Below, piece by piece: positions 1 through 9,305 of a stretch of 64,000 nt of DNA (its first letter is position 1; every line of letters begins with the position of its first letter). Made by a program: the position numbers and the translations under genes. The notes beneath the pieces are model-generated. The model was not told where the DNA came from, searched no databases, and saw nothing but the letters and a program-made list of their open reading frames with translations. The stretch spans positions 90,534-154,533 of the forward strand of contig JAZQFC010000037.1 of assembly GCA_045539315.1 (NCBI GenBank), in the 5' to 3' direction. The stretch comes from Acutalibacteraceae bacterium. Lineage in GTDB: Bacteria; Bacillota; Clostridia; Oscillospirales; Acutalibacteraceae.

Positions 1-40
1 GATTTATTAAAAATCACAGCACCGGAACAAATGTAAAATT

Positions 41-68
41 AAAAAGCGACCGTTAAGGTCGCTTTTTT
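41..68. terminator. Bidirectional Rho-independent terminator hairpin
   Basis: Stem GCGACC (46-51) / GGTCGC (57-62) with a 5-nt loop, A-run 41-45 and T-run 63-68. It sits just after a possible plus-strand ORF end (TAA 34-36); only 11 codons are visible, so that ORF is not called. Confidence 0.65.
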
Positions 69-74
69 CTTGCT

Positions 75-108
75 AAAAAAAGACGGGCAACAAAAGTTGG
101 CCGTCTTT
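75..108 (-). terminator. Rho-independent terminator of the secreted-protein gene
   Basis: Stem AGACGG (81-86) / CCGTCT (101-106). The plus-strand A-run 75-80 becomes the T-run after the hairpin on the minus strand. It lies a few nt downstream of the stop at 115-117. Confidence 0.6.
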
Positions 109-114
109 AAATAT

Positions 115-1674
115 TTATTCAAAATCAGGAGCAGAAGCCCAAGCATCTACCAATGTTTTAATATTCTCTGACAAACTATCATAAACTGCTGTATCTAATT
201 GACAAGATTGCGCTACTGTTCTTAATGAACGAGTTGAAACTGTGTCAGAATAAGAAACTGTTGTCACACCATTATAAGTTACTTTAACATAACCACGGCC
301 GACAAAATCTCTTGAGATATTACCCGAATTAATGTTAACAATAGAACCTACAATACCTTCAAAACCTGTGTTATCAGTAAAGTAACCATCTTTATTGTTA
401 AGGTTAAATACAACATTAACGATTTTTGCTTCATCTGTTTCAAGAGTCATTGCATCTGCATTCATATCTGCAGGACCGATGAGTGTGCCTGCCTCAACAG
501 TTGCACCATGAGCAACTAATTCTGCAATTTTGTCTGCATCTACAGTTGAATAAAAACGAATACCTGTTGGGTTGTTAAGTCTGATAGAAGCAGCCTCTAA
601 AGTATCAATATCAACATTAAAATCAGGTGTTACGTAATCAATAACAATACATTTACGAATATCATTATATTTTTCATTTCCATAAACTACAACTGTATTT
701 TTACCTTCTTTGAGTTTAGAAGTAATATCTTTATCACCACTTGAAACATAGTCCCAATCGCCATAACCATAGCCTGAATAGTCAATTTCACTGCTACCTG
801 CTACATCGTTATAAACAGTGTACCAAGAATTACCGTGACCATTAAGACCGGCACCGCTAGCGCTCATATTAAGAACTGCACTTTCATAACCCTTATAAAG
901 AGTAACCTTTGCATTGTTTGCAACTTCTTTGCCGTTAAGCGCGAAATCAATATCACCATAACCATTAAGTTGAATTTGGATTACTTTAAGAACTTTTGAA
1001 TAACCGCCATCGCCGAACAAAACAATTGTTGAACGACCTGACCAAAGAAGACTTGTAATGTTCCAAGAAGAACCATTGTATGCACTAACATACTCATAGC
1101 CTTGCATATTACCACTTGCGCTTTGATATGGAGTTAATTTGTTATAATAAGCATAATAAACACCAATCCAAGCATCACCTGCAGCACCATTTGCAGTAGG
1201 CTCTAATGTAACAGTATCACCATTTGTGAATGTTAAAAGTTCGCCATCTTCAACTGCTTGACCATTAATTGTAAAATCATAAGTTGTGCTAGAATTATCA
1301 ACTTCCACTACTGAAATATCTACAGATGCAGCAACGCCATAACCATCATTAGGCAATAACATAACTGTGTATTCGCCAACACCGATGCTACCTCTGTCAC
1401 CAGAAGTTGTTTTTGTAATATCTACCGCATTGCCTGAACCGTAATCAGCAACATAGTACCAGAAAATTGAAGGTGTTGTTCCGCTTGGAGTTTCACCTTT
1501 TTTATAAATACCTACCCAATCTGTACCTGAACCGGTTGCAGTAACCATAATCGCTTCGCCAATGCCATATTCAGACTTATCAGTTGAAAGGTTAGCATCT
1601 GCGCTTACTGTTGCAAAACAAAAGCAAGAAACAGCAATTGCAAAACATAAAAACAAACTTAAAAATCTTTTCAT
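115..1674 (-). CDS. Secreted protein of unknown function with three divergent internal repeats and a C-terminal domain
   Basis: 519-aa ORF with an AAGGAG RBS upstream of the ATG. Signal peptide MKRFLSLFLCFAIAVSCFCFATVSA. Three ~100-aa repeats with cores DWVGIY, AWIGVY and SWYTVY. No catalytic motif recognised. Confidence 0.8.
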   Translation of the reverse strand: MKRFLSLFLCFAIAVSCFCFATVSADANLSTDKSEYGIGEAIMVTATGSGTDWVGIYKKGETPSGTTPSIFWYYVADYGSGNAVDITKTTSGDRGSIGVGEYTVMLLPNDGYGVAASVDISVVEVDNSSTTYDFTINGQAVEDGELLTFTNGDTVTLEPTANGAAGDAWIGVYYAYYNKLTPYQSASGNMQGYEYVSAYNGSSWNITSLLWSGRSTIVLFGDGGYSKVLKVIQIQLNGYGDIDFALNGKEVANNAKVTLYKGYESAVLNMSASGAGLNGHGNSWYTVYNDVAGSSEIDYSGYGYGDWDYVSSGDKDITSKLKEGKNTVVVYGNEKYNDIRKCIVIDYVTPDFNVDIDTLEAASIRLNNPTGIRFYSTVDADKIAELVAHGATVEAGTLIGPADMNADAMTLETDEAKIVNVVFNLNNKDGYFTDNTGFEGIVGSIVNINSGNISRDFVGRGYVKVTYNGVTTVSYSDTVSTRSLRTVAQSCQLDTAVYDSLSENIKTLVDAWASAPDFE

Positions 1675-1742
1675 TTTTAAAAATCTCCTTTTTTAAAGAT
1701 AACAATATTTTACACTAAAATTTGTAAAAAGTCAACCAAGCA

Positions 1743-3011
1743 TCAAACTTTTTGGAGTGCTTGCACAATATCATCAATGATATCTTGTGCATCTTCGATA
1801 CCTATTGACATTCTGATAAGGTCTGGAGAAACACCACACTCAACTAATTGCTCATCTGACAACTGACGATGAGTTGTACTTGCAGGGTGCAAACAACAAG
1901 TTTTAATGTCTGCAACGTGAATTTCCATATGACAAAGTTTTAAATTCTCCATCAATTTTTTAGATGCTTCTTTGCCACCTTTAACACCAAACGCAATTAC
2001 ACCTGCTTGGCCATTTGGCAAATATTTTTGCGCAAGTGAATAATATTTATTGCTTTCAAGACCTGGATAATTAACCCAAGCAATTTTTTCGTTATTCTCT
2101 AAAAATTGAGCAACTTTTAATGCGTTTTCACAATGCTTTTGCATTCTGATATGAAGAGTTTGCATATTCATATTCAAAAGGAATGCGTTGAATGGGCTCA
2201 TTTGCGAACCCAAGTCACGCATAAGTTGAGTTCTTGCTTTTGTAATATAAGCCGCTTTGCCAAAAGCCTTTGTATAAACAACGCCATGATAAGATTCATC
2301 AGGAGTTGTAAGCCCTTCGAATTTGCCACTCTTTTCCCAGTCAAAATTACCACTATCAACAATAACGCCGCCGAGAGATACTGCATGGCCGTCAAGATAT
2401 TTACTTGTTGAATGAATAACAATATCAGCGCCAAACTCAAAAGGTCTGCAAAGCACAGGAGTTGGGAAAGTGTTATCAATGATAAGCGGAATATCGTTTT
2501 GATGCGCTACTTTTGCAAACTTTTCAATATCCAAAACATCAAGAGATGGGTTAGTTAATGTTTCACCAAAAATAAGTTTAGTATTATCTTTTACAAGTGA
2601 ATTTAACTCTTCTTCAGAGATGTTAACATCAACAAAAGTTGTTTCAATACCAAGTTTTCTGAGCGTTACATCAAAAAGGTTAAATGTACCGCCATAAATT
2701 GCGGCAGTTGAAATAATATGGTCGCCTGATGACGCGATATTTGTAATTGAAATCAAAGACGCTGCTTGACCAGCAGATGTTACCATTGCGCCAACGCCAC
2801 CCTCAAGCGCATTAATCTTATTTTCAACCGCTTCATTGGTTGGGTTTGAAAGTCTTGTATAAAAATGTCCACCGATTTTAAGGTCAAAAAGGTCGCCCAA
2901 AGTATCAACTTTATCATACTCAAAAGTTGTGCTTTGATAAATCGGCAATTGACCTGCCTGACCATTTTCAGGAGTGTAACCTGCTTGAACACATTTTGTA
3001 TCAATTCTCAT
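1743..3011 (-). CDS. metY: O-acetylhomoserine sulfhydrylase (PLP-dependent Cys/Met metabolism family)
   Basis: 422 aa. YGGTFNLF and STSKYLDGH (PLP lysine) motifs, plus an N-terminus (QAGQLPIYQSTTF) typical of MetY. The ATG lies 4 nt after the murC stop. Confidence 0.88.
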   Translation of the reverse strand: MRIDTKCVQAGYTPENGQAGQLPIYQSTTFEYDKVDTLGDLFDLKIGGHFYTRLSNPTNEAVENKINALEGGVGAMVTSAGQAASLISITNIASSGDHIISTAAIYGGTFNLFDVTLRKLGIETTFVDVNISEEELNSLVKDNTKLIFGETLTNPSLDVLDIEKFAKVAHQNDIPLIIDNTFPTPVLCRPFEFGADIVIHSTSKYLDGHAVSLGGVIVDSGNFDWEKSGKFEGLTTPDESYHGVVYTKAFGKAAYITKARTQLMRDLGSQMSPFNAFLLNMNMQTLHIRMQKHCENALKVAQFLENNEKIAWVNYPGLESNKYYSLAQKYLPNGQAGVIAFGVKGGKEASKKLMENLKLCHMEIHVADIKTCCLHPASTTHRQLSDEQLVECGVSPDLIRMSIGIEDAQDIIDDIVQALQKV

Positions 3012-3015
3012 AATT

Positions 3016-4401
3016 CTAGTCTTCTTTCTTTAATTTTTTTATCATAATATTGGCTGCTTTATAAATATCACCGCAACCCAAAGTGATAATCAAATCATCT
3101 TTTTCTGCTAATTCCAAAGCGCGAGCAGCAATTGACTCAAAACTGTCAAAACACTCGCTATCTGGTATTTTTTCGCAAAGCATTGATGAGTGCATTCCTA
3201 AATTATCGGTCTCTCTTGAGCCCATAATTTCGGTTAACAAGCACTTATCCGGTGTTTGCAACACCTTTACAAAATCATTAAATAGCAACTTTGTTCTTGA
3301 ATAAGTAAACGGTTGAAAAACTGCTATAACTTTATTATAACCCATTTTCATAGCCGAAGAAAGTGTTACTTCAAGTTCTTTTGGATGATGAGCATAGTCA
3401 TCGGCAATGGTTATATTTTCATCTTTGTATAAAATCTCAAATCTTCTGCCTGCGCCTGTGAAATTAGGCATTGCTTTTGCAATTTGCTCACCACTTGCGC
3501 CAACATAATGGCAAGCCGCCGCTGCCGCTAATGAATTTATAATATTATGGCTACCAGGCGCGCTAACAACTATGTGGCTTAAGAATTCGCCTTTATAATA
3601 TAAGTCATACTCGCCCGCTGTTCTAGATTTATACTCAACATTTTTAGCGCAGTAATCACATTTTTCACCCAAACCAAAAGTAATAACTTTTGTCTTTGTG
3701 TTTTTCATTGCAGACATAGTGTTGTCATCGTCGCCATTAACAATTGCTACTTTTGCCATATCGCAAAATGAAACAAAAGACTGTTTCAAACGCTCTAGTG
3801 TTTTAAAATACTCCATATGGTCTTCATCAATATTCAAAACAACTGCAACATCAGGCGAAAGACGTAAAAATGTATCAACATATTCGCAACTTTCACAAAC
3901 AAAAATATCAGACTCGCCTGCAAGACCATAAGAATTAATAAGCGGTAAATTTCCACCTATAACTGCAGACGGCGAAAATTCATTTTCAACAAGCACTTGG
4001 GTAATCATAGAAGTAACTGTTGTTTTACCATGAGTGCCACAAACGCCTATTACATTATTATAATTTCTTGTAAGCGCACCCAAAGCAAAAGAGCGCTCCA
4101 TAGTCGCAATTCCCTTACTACTTGCAGACACAAGTTCAGGGTTGTCTTTTGAAATTGCCGCAGAATAAATTACCAAATCAGCGCCTTCAACATTTTCAGG
4201 ATAATGCCCCATAATAACAGAAACGCCTTTTTTCTTTAACTTTTCTGTTTTATCTGAAATGTTATTATCAGAGCCGGTTATTTCTTTTCCCATTGTAAGA
4301 AGAATTTCTGCAATAGGATACATACCTGCGCCGCCGATTCCTATCATATGAATTTTTTTAGCTGTTTTTAATAAATTATCAGTAGATTTAAAATCTAACA
4401 A
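3016..4401 (-). CDS. murC: UDP-N-acetylmuramate--L-alanine ligase
   Basis: 461 aa Mur ligase with GIGGAGM, the GTHGKTT P-loop and DDYAHHP. TTG start preceded by GGTGGTG. Confidence 0.92.
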   Translation of the reverse strand: MLDFKSTDNLLKTAKKIHMIGIGGAGMYPIAEILLTMGKEITGSDNNISDKTEKLKKKGVSVIMGHYPENVEGADLVIYSAAISKDNPELVSASSKGIATMERSFALGALTRNYNNVIGVCGTHGKTTVTSMITQVLVENEFSPSAVIGGNLPLINSYGLAGESDIFVCESCEYVDTFLRLSPDVAVVLNIDEDHMEYFKTLERLKQSFVSFCDMAKVAIVNGDDDNTMSAMKNTKTKVITFGLGEKCDYCAKNVEYKSRTAGEYDLYYKGEFLSHIVVSAPGSHNIINSLAAAAACHYVGASGEQIAKAMPNFTGAGRRFEILYKDENITIADDYAHHPKELEVTLSSAMKMGYNKVIAVFQPFTYSRTKLLFNDFVKVLQTPDKCLLTEIMGSRETDNLGMHSSMLCEKIPDSECFDSFESIAARALELAEKDDLIITLGCGDIYKAANIMIKKLKKED

Positions 4402-4497
4402 TGTTTATCACACCACCGAATTTTTTATATACAAAGACATTATACATTATTTTAACGAAAAAATAAATAGTTATTTCAAAAAAATGTTTTTTATTTA

Positions 4498-4526
4498 TTG
4501 AAATAGCCAATAAAATACTATATAAT
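4498..4526 (+). promoter_or_regulatory. Sigma-A type promoter for the solute-binding lipoprotein gene
   Basis: TTGAAA (4498-4503), 17-nt spacer, TATAAT (4521-4526), about 34 nt upstream of the ATG at 4560. Confidence 0.5.
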
Positions 4527-4559
4527 AAGTTCATAAAAACCAAAAAAGGTGAAAATTTT

Positions 4560-6104
4560 ATGAAGTTTAAGAAATTTTTAATGATTTTTCTTTGCTTATC
4601 GTTATGTTTTTTAACTACCTCTTGTATAGGCGAAGATTATGAAGATAAGTCTATTATTTTTGCTACAGGGCAGTCAATTTCAACTTTTGACCCTCAACTT
4701 GCAAAAACTTCTGCCGAAGTTACTGTTGCAACTAACAGTTTCGAAGGTATTTTAACAAAAGATAGCGAAGGCAATATTATTAATGGTTGCGCCGAAAGTT
4801 ATACTGTGAATTCTGAAAAAACGGTTTATACTTTTAAAATTCGCGATGGTCTTATGTGGTCTGACGGAGAAACAAAACTTACCGCTAAAGACTTTGAATT
4901 TGGTATTAAGCGCGCAGTTATGCCTGAAACCGAATCGCCTTATGTTTCGGTGCTTTATTCAATAAAGAATGCTCAAAGAATTAATAAAAACGGCGCTGAT
5001 ATCAACACTTTAGGTGTTGTAGCAGACGAGAGCACAAATACAATTACTATTACTCTTGAAACTGCAGATGATGGTATTTTTGAATCACTAACAAAGCCTT
5101 TGTGTTTTCCTTGTAACCAAGAGTATTTTGAAGAAACTGCCGGAAAATACGGTCTTAAAAGCAAATATATAATATCGAATGGCGCTTATTCTATTGACTA
5201 TTTTAACCCTGATACAAAAACTGTTGTTATTCAGAAAAATTCCGATTACAAAGGTGCAAATAAAGGTATTCCAAGAGCAATTACTATTAACTATGGCGAG
5301 GATTTTGATAGCATCTATGAATCGTTTAAAGCAAACGAACTTGATATGTGCGAAATTGACTGTAGTTACTTGCCTGCGCTTGATGAATTAGGCAATAAAT
5401 CGCAACTATTTTATAATACCAACTACTGTTTATATGTTTCTGATACATTAGGTGACAGTTTTGGCGCAAACTTAAACAAAGCGCTTATGCAAGCGATAGA
5501 TTCAGGTGCAATAAAAAACAACATCACAGATTATTACAAGAGCGTTGGCGGAGTGGTTCCTGATGTAAACCTTTTCGGCGCAAAAAGTTACAGAAAACAG
5601 GTTTCAAATGTTTCTCTCTTACCTTATAATATTAAAAATGCTGAAAAAGAATTAGTGAATTTTGAAACTGCAAGTGATATTTTAAATGAACTCTCGCTTT
5701 ACTACCCTGCTAATAATTCAAAAATTTCTTTGATTTCTCACTTAATTGTTCAAGGTTGGCAAAAAGATTTAAACATCTTTATAAATTCCCACGAAGAAAT
5801 CGAAGAAACTATTTTGTCAAAAGTGCAAAGTGGCGAAATTAAAATAGCAATTATCCCTGTTTCAAGCGAAAACAATGACGCGGTTGCAAGTTTCAACTCG
5901 CTTAACAACTTAAATATATGTACAAGAGCAAATGTGAGTAGCGCAAAAGAATTGATAAAACTTGAGCAAAATCTTATTAACGACGGTTTAATCTACCCTA
6001 TTCTTACAGTACCAACTGCAATTAGCCATAATACTAGTATCGATGGTCTCACCGCCTCCGACGACGGCAAAATAATAGACTTCAGATACATCAAAAAATC
6101 ATAA
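4560..6104 (+). CDS. ABC-transporter solute-binding lipoprotein, family 5 (peptide/nickel type), orphan
   Basis: 514 aa. Signal peptide ending in a lipobox-like LTTSC. Length and layout resemble OppA/DppA-type binding proteins. AAGGTGA RBS. No permease or ATPase genes are adjacent. Confidence 0.8.
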   Translation: MKFKKFLMIFLCLSLCFLTTSCIGEDYEDKSIIFATGQSISTFDPQLAKTSAEVTVATNSFEGILTKDSEGNIINGCAESYTVNSEKTVYTFKIRDGLMWSDGETKLTAKDFEFGIKRAVMPETESPYVSVLYSIKNAQRINKNGADINTLGVVADESTNTITITLETADDGIFESLTKPLCFPCNQEYFEETAGKYGLKSKYIISNGAYSIDYFNPDTKTVVIQKNSDYKGANKGIPRAITINYGEDFDSIYESFKANELDMCEIDCSYLPALDELGNKSQLFYNTNYCLYVSDTLGDSFGANLNKALMQAIDSGAIKNNITDYYKSVGGVVPDVNLFGAKSYRKQVSNVSLLPYNIKNAEKELVNFETASDILNELSLYYPANNSKISLISHLIVQGWQKDLNIFINSHEEIEETILSKVQSGEIKIAIIPVSSENNDAVASFNSLNNLNICTRANVSSAKELIKLEQNLINDGLIYPILTVPTAISHNTSIDGLTASDDGKIIDFRYIKKS

Positions 6105-6111
6105 ATAAAAC

Positions 6112-6146
6112 AAAAACATCTGCTCTTATTCGAAGCAGATGTTTTA
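6112..6146. terminator. Bidirectional terminator between convergent genes
   Basis: 9-bp stem ACATCTGCT (6116-6124) / AGCAGATGT (6134-6142), flanked by an A-run and a T-run. Confidence 0.75.
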
Positions 6147-6152
6147 ATAAGT

Positions 6153-6425
6153 TTATTGATCTTTTTTTTCAAAACTTTTAACGGATAAGCCTTCTTGTTT
6201 ACCAACATACATAGCCACAAGTCCAACTACAACTGCAATTGAAGCAAGTGCAAATACATAAAGATAAAATACATCTGAAAAGAAAACTGCAATAGACTCG
6301 CCTGTGGTGCCACCGATAATCATAGCGATAATATATGCTACAAGCGGAATTGCACCGCCAAAGAAGGATATAGTCATAAGAATGCCATAAAGTTTATTAA
6401 GAAATTTATATATTTTTTCTCTCAT
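6153..6425 (-). CDS. Small integral membrane protein (90 aa, 2-3 TM helices), unknown function
   Basis: I chose the internal ATG at 6425 because AGGAGG lies 6-8 nt upstream. The longer track ORF (to 6521) would overlap the permease gene. The protein is hydrophobic throughout with a charged C-tail. Confidence 0.6.
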   Translation of the reverse strand: MREKIYKFLNKLYGILMTISFFGGAIPLVAYIIAMIIGGTTGESIAVFFSDVFYLYVFALASIAVVVGLVAMYVGKQEGLSVKSFEKKDQ

Positions 6426-6439
6426 ATCTATTCCTCCTA

Positions 6440-7801
6440 TTAAATTAAGCCGTAAATTGGTAACCAGCCCATTATCATAGCAACTGATAATATATAATGT
6501 ATAGCAATCCACACAAAACAATTTTTAAGTGTAGGACCAAGTTCAGATTCAGCAATACCCATACCTGTATATACACAAGCGCAATAAGGTGGTGTTACAC
6601 CGTGCATAGCACCGCAAATACAAGGAAGCATACCTGCTGCTAACATAGGATTACCACCTGCCGCAGCAATAACCGCAATTATAATCCCACCAAAAATTTT
6701 AATCTGTGTAGAACCAGGAATAAGCATACCCAAAATCGCAGTAAATAATGGTAAAATAAGCGCCACTGCAATAAGAGGAAGATTAAAACTACTGATATAG
6801 TTACCAATTGCTGTACCAACATCAATATCTTCAAGCAAATTACTTACAAAATAAGCAAACAACACAAGACAAGAAGTAGGCACAACACTCTTCATACCAT
6901 CACAAATAGATTTATAATCAAACTTAAGTGTCATCTTTTTAATGGTATCTTTGCCAGACAACAACACGCCACAAATAACAATTAACGATGGAATAAATGA
7001 TAAAATACTGCCTGAAAATGCTTTTGCACCTGTTTCACCAAGGCGCGAAACAAAAAATGCTTCAAAACTATTTGTTAAATAGAATGGCAAAAATACTATA
7101 ATTGGTAAAAAGATAGCCTTCCATCCTTTTTTAAGCGATTGTCTGATACTTGGAATATCTTCTTTTCTCATTGGCTCTACTTTATAATATCTACACATAA
7201 AGTAAAGAGTAACAATTCTTTGAGCAATAAACCAAATGGCAATTCCCCATAAAAGCATCCAATACTGTGACATTGTATATGTATTTGGATACAAAAGGTC
7301 TAAAGCAGCAAATGCAATAGCTATCATTCCTGCAGGGGGAATCATATTACCCATAGTACTTGCGTGCGCCTCAACATTTGCAGCCAAATGTGCTGGGAAA
7401 CCTGAACGTTTCATTGCAGGAATAGTAAACACACCTGTTGTTGCAACATTACCAGGACCAGAACCTGAAAGAGAGCCCATATAAGTACTACCTATAATTG
7501 CTACAAAACCTGCGCCACCTCTAAAACGACCAAAAATCGAAAGAATTATAGCAATACAGTCATCCATAATTGTTGTTTTTGCAAGCAAAGCCGCCGAAAC
7601 AACAAATACAATGATAACATACAAACTAGATTCAATCATAGCTTCCCATATATAAGTACCAATGTTAGCCCATGTTCCTGTAACTGCAACTAATGCTACA
7701 AAAGCCGCTATCATACATTCATACAAAGGTCTTTTAAGTAATGAGAAACCTATAATTGCCACTACGAATACAACTAAAAGATAACCTAATTCTACTGGCA
7801 A
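6440..7801 (-). CDS. TRAP-transporter large-permease (DctM-like) membrane protein without DctQ or DctP partners
   Basis: 453 aa and polytopic. The motif GSLSGSGPGNVATTGVFTIPAMKRSGFP resembles the DctM/TAXI-TRAP signature. TTG start is uncertain. Confidence 0.75.
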   Translation of the reverse strand: MPVELGYLLVVFVVAIIGFSLLKRPLYECMIAAFVALVAVTGTWANIGTYIWEAMIESSLYVIIVFVVSAALLAKTTIMDDCIAIILSIFGRFRGGAGFVAIIGSTYMGSLSGSGPGNVATTGVFTIPAMKRSGFPAHLAANVEAHASTMGNMIPPAGMIAIAFAALDLLYPNTYTMSQYWMLLWGIAIWFIAQRIVTLYFMCRYYKVEPMRKEDIPSIRQSLKKGWKAIFLPIIVFLPFYLTNSFEAFFVSRLGETGAKAFSGSILSFIPSLIVICGVLLSGKDTIKKMTLKFDYKSICDGMKSVVPTSCLVLFAYFVSNLLEDIDVGTAIGNYISSFNLPLIAVALILPLFTAILGMLIPGSTQIKIFGGIIIAVIAAAGGNPMLAAGMLPCICGAMHGVTPPYCACVYTGMGIAESELGPTLKNCFVWIAIHYILSVAMIMGWLPIYGLI

Positions 7802-7833
7802 ATTAAATTCACTTACCTTTCTTTTTTATATTT

Positions 7834-9138
7834 TTAAAAAGCGTTACGCTTTATAAAACAATTTGGGTCATATTTTGAAACAATCATATCATCACCGTTT
7901 TCATCGGTGATTTTAAGTGTTTTATAAATCCATTCAACTGTTTTTGCCATTTCTTCAGCAGTATCACATACAACATCGATTTCGGCAAACCGTTGATTCA
8001 CATTGTGGGTTGGTAAAATCTTATCCCCTACTTTATATCTCTCAAAAGCAGAAATAACTTTAGGGTGTTTTTTAATTTCTTCCAAGCCTTCAACACAAGA
8101 AATAGTTCCTGGTTTTAATGTTGGCAATACTTGAGAGGCAATTTTACCATCAAGCCACACATCATCTTTTTTCATCTCGTTGTTTTCTTCACTAACTTGC
8201 CCTGTAAGAGCAAATTCGATAAGAGGTTTTAACGGGTTTTTTGAAAAAACACTTGTAAACATTCTTTCATATTCTCCACCTGGTAGTCTAAGACCAGGAT
8301 CATAAAATCTAACAGCGTCCCCATCAACAAAACCCTGCATAAAGATAGGGGCATTAACAAGACCGATAGCACTAATAAACCTTTCGATTTTTTTATGCGC
8401 TTTTTGCATATACACATCAGTGAATACTGATGGCGAAGCAGAGCCAACTGCTAATTTATCAAGACCGTCTTCATATTTACCTAAAATTCTGTCAACAGTT
8501 CTGAACGGATATGCTTTACCGTTAATTACAAGAATAGTCATCGAAAAATCGTTAGCTTGTCCCATATATTTTTCAATAACTATCTTCCCGCTCGCACTTT
8601 CTGAAAGAGCAAACTCAATTCCATCTTTTGCTTCTTTGTAAAAATTACAAATAGACTGACCTCGAGAGCCACGGGAATCACAAGGTTTGATAAGTATAGG
8701 AAACTGAACATTTTGATTGCAAATTTCTTCTGTTTCAAAATCAACAATGTTATATTCAGGTATAACATCTACACCGTTTTCAACACAAGTCTTTTTAAAT
8801 GCTGTTTTATCTGTTAATATATGAAATTGTTCTTTTGTTCCAAAACAAGGAAATTTTAGTCTTTGGCAAACCTCATAATAAGGAAGTTGACAAGCGTCTA
8901 AAGATGTGGAAATAACACCATCTATTTTTTCTTTTTTGCACATATCCACAATTTCATCTATATCTGTGATATTGTGCATAAAATACTTATCTGCAATTTG
9001 TTTAGCCGGTGCTTGTTCTATAGGCAAATAATCAGTTACATATGTGATTACTCCCATGCTTTTCGCAGCCTCTACTAATTTACAGTGCTGAAAAGCACCT
9101 CCTATTATAAGTAGTTTTTTTCCTTTTAAACTCAACAA
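7834..9138 (-). CDS. ATP-grasp domain carboxylate-amine ligase, substrate unknown
   Basis: 434 aa. Pre-ATP-grasp N-domain (KKLLIIGGAFQHCKLVEAAKSMG), FPILIKPCDSRGSRG loop and IVIEKYM. Homologous to the ATP-grasp at 16206-17411. TTG start. Confidence 0.8.
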   Translation of the reverse strand: MLSLKGKKLLIIGGAFQHCKLVEAAKSMGVITYVTDYLPIEQAPAKQIADKYFMHNITDIDEIVDMCKKEKIDGVISTSLDACQLPYYEVCQRLKFPCFGTKEQFHILTDKTAFKKTCVENGVDVIPEYNIVDFETEEICNQNVQFPILIKPCDSRGSRGQSICNFYKEAKDGIEFALSESASGKIVIEKYMGQANDFSMTILVINGKAYPFRTVDRILGKYEDGLDKLAVGSASPSVFTDVYMQKAHKKIERFISAIGLVNAPIFMQGFVDGDAVRFYDPGLRLPGGEYERMFTSVFSKNPLKPLIEFALTGQVSEENNEMKKDDVWLDGKIASQVLPTLKPGTISCVEGLEEIKKHPKVISAFERYKVGDKILPTHNVNQRFAEIDVVCDTAEEMAKTVEWIYKTLKITDENGDDMIVSKYDPNCFIKRNAF

Positions 9139-9175
9139 AGGTCACCCTTTCTTTATTAGTAAATTACTAATTAGT

Positions 9176-9202
9176 TATAACCTTTATTACTCACAGGTTA
9201 TA
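9176..9202. promoter_or_regulatory. Interrupted dyad, candidate LysR-type operator
   Basis: TATAACC (9176-9182), 13-nt spacer, GGTTATA (9196-9202). It abuts the -10 box of the ATP-grasp operon promoter and lies in the divergent region shared with the LysR gene. Confidence 0.4.
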
Positions 9203-9230
9203 TTATATACTTTATTATCAAAAATGTCAA
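9202..9230 (-). promoter_or_regulatory. Consensus sigma-A promoter of the ATP-grasp/permease operon
   Basis: On the minus strand: TTGACA (9230-9225), 17-nt spacer, TATAAT (9207-9202). Confidence 0.6.
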
Positions 9231-9305
9231 GAAAAAATTTTTACTTGCATTTATTATATTTAAATGTTATTCTTAATATATACAAATTATAGGTTGGTAT
9301 AATAT

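Noticed and set aside
6426-6521. N-terminal extensions offered by the ORF track for 6153-6521, 11464-12033, 29819-30739, 30660-31694, 36964-38100, 38880-39167, 40149-40838, 40886-41260, 52872-53141, 53142-55226 and 61058-62482.
   Set aside because: In each case an internal ATG or GTG has a proper Shine-Dalgarno at 5-10 nt. The extension either overlaps the upstream gene or actually encodes the RBS itself.
9291-9303. TATAAT hexamer 2 nt upstream of the LysR ATG as a leaderless-mRNA promoter.
   Set aside because: The -10 box is too close to the ATG for the transcript to include the start codon. The adjacent AGGTTGG more likely serves as a weak RBS.
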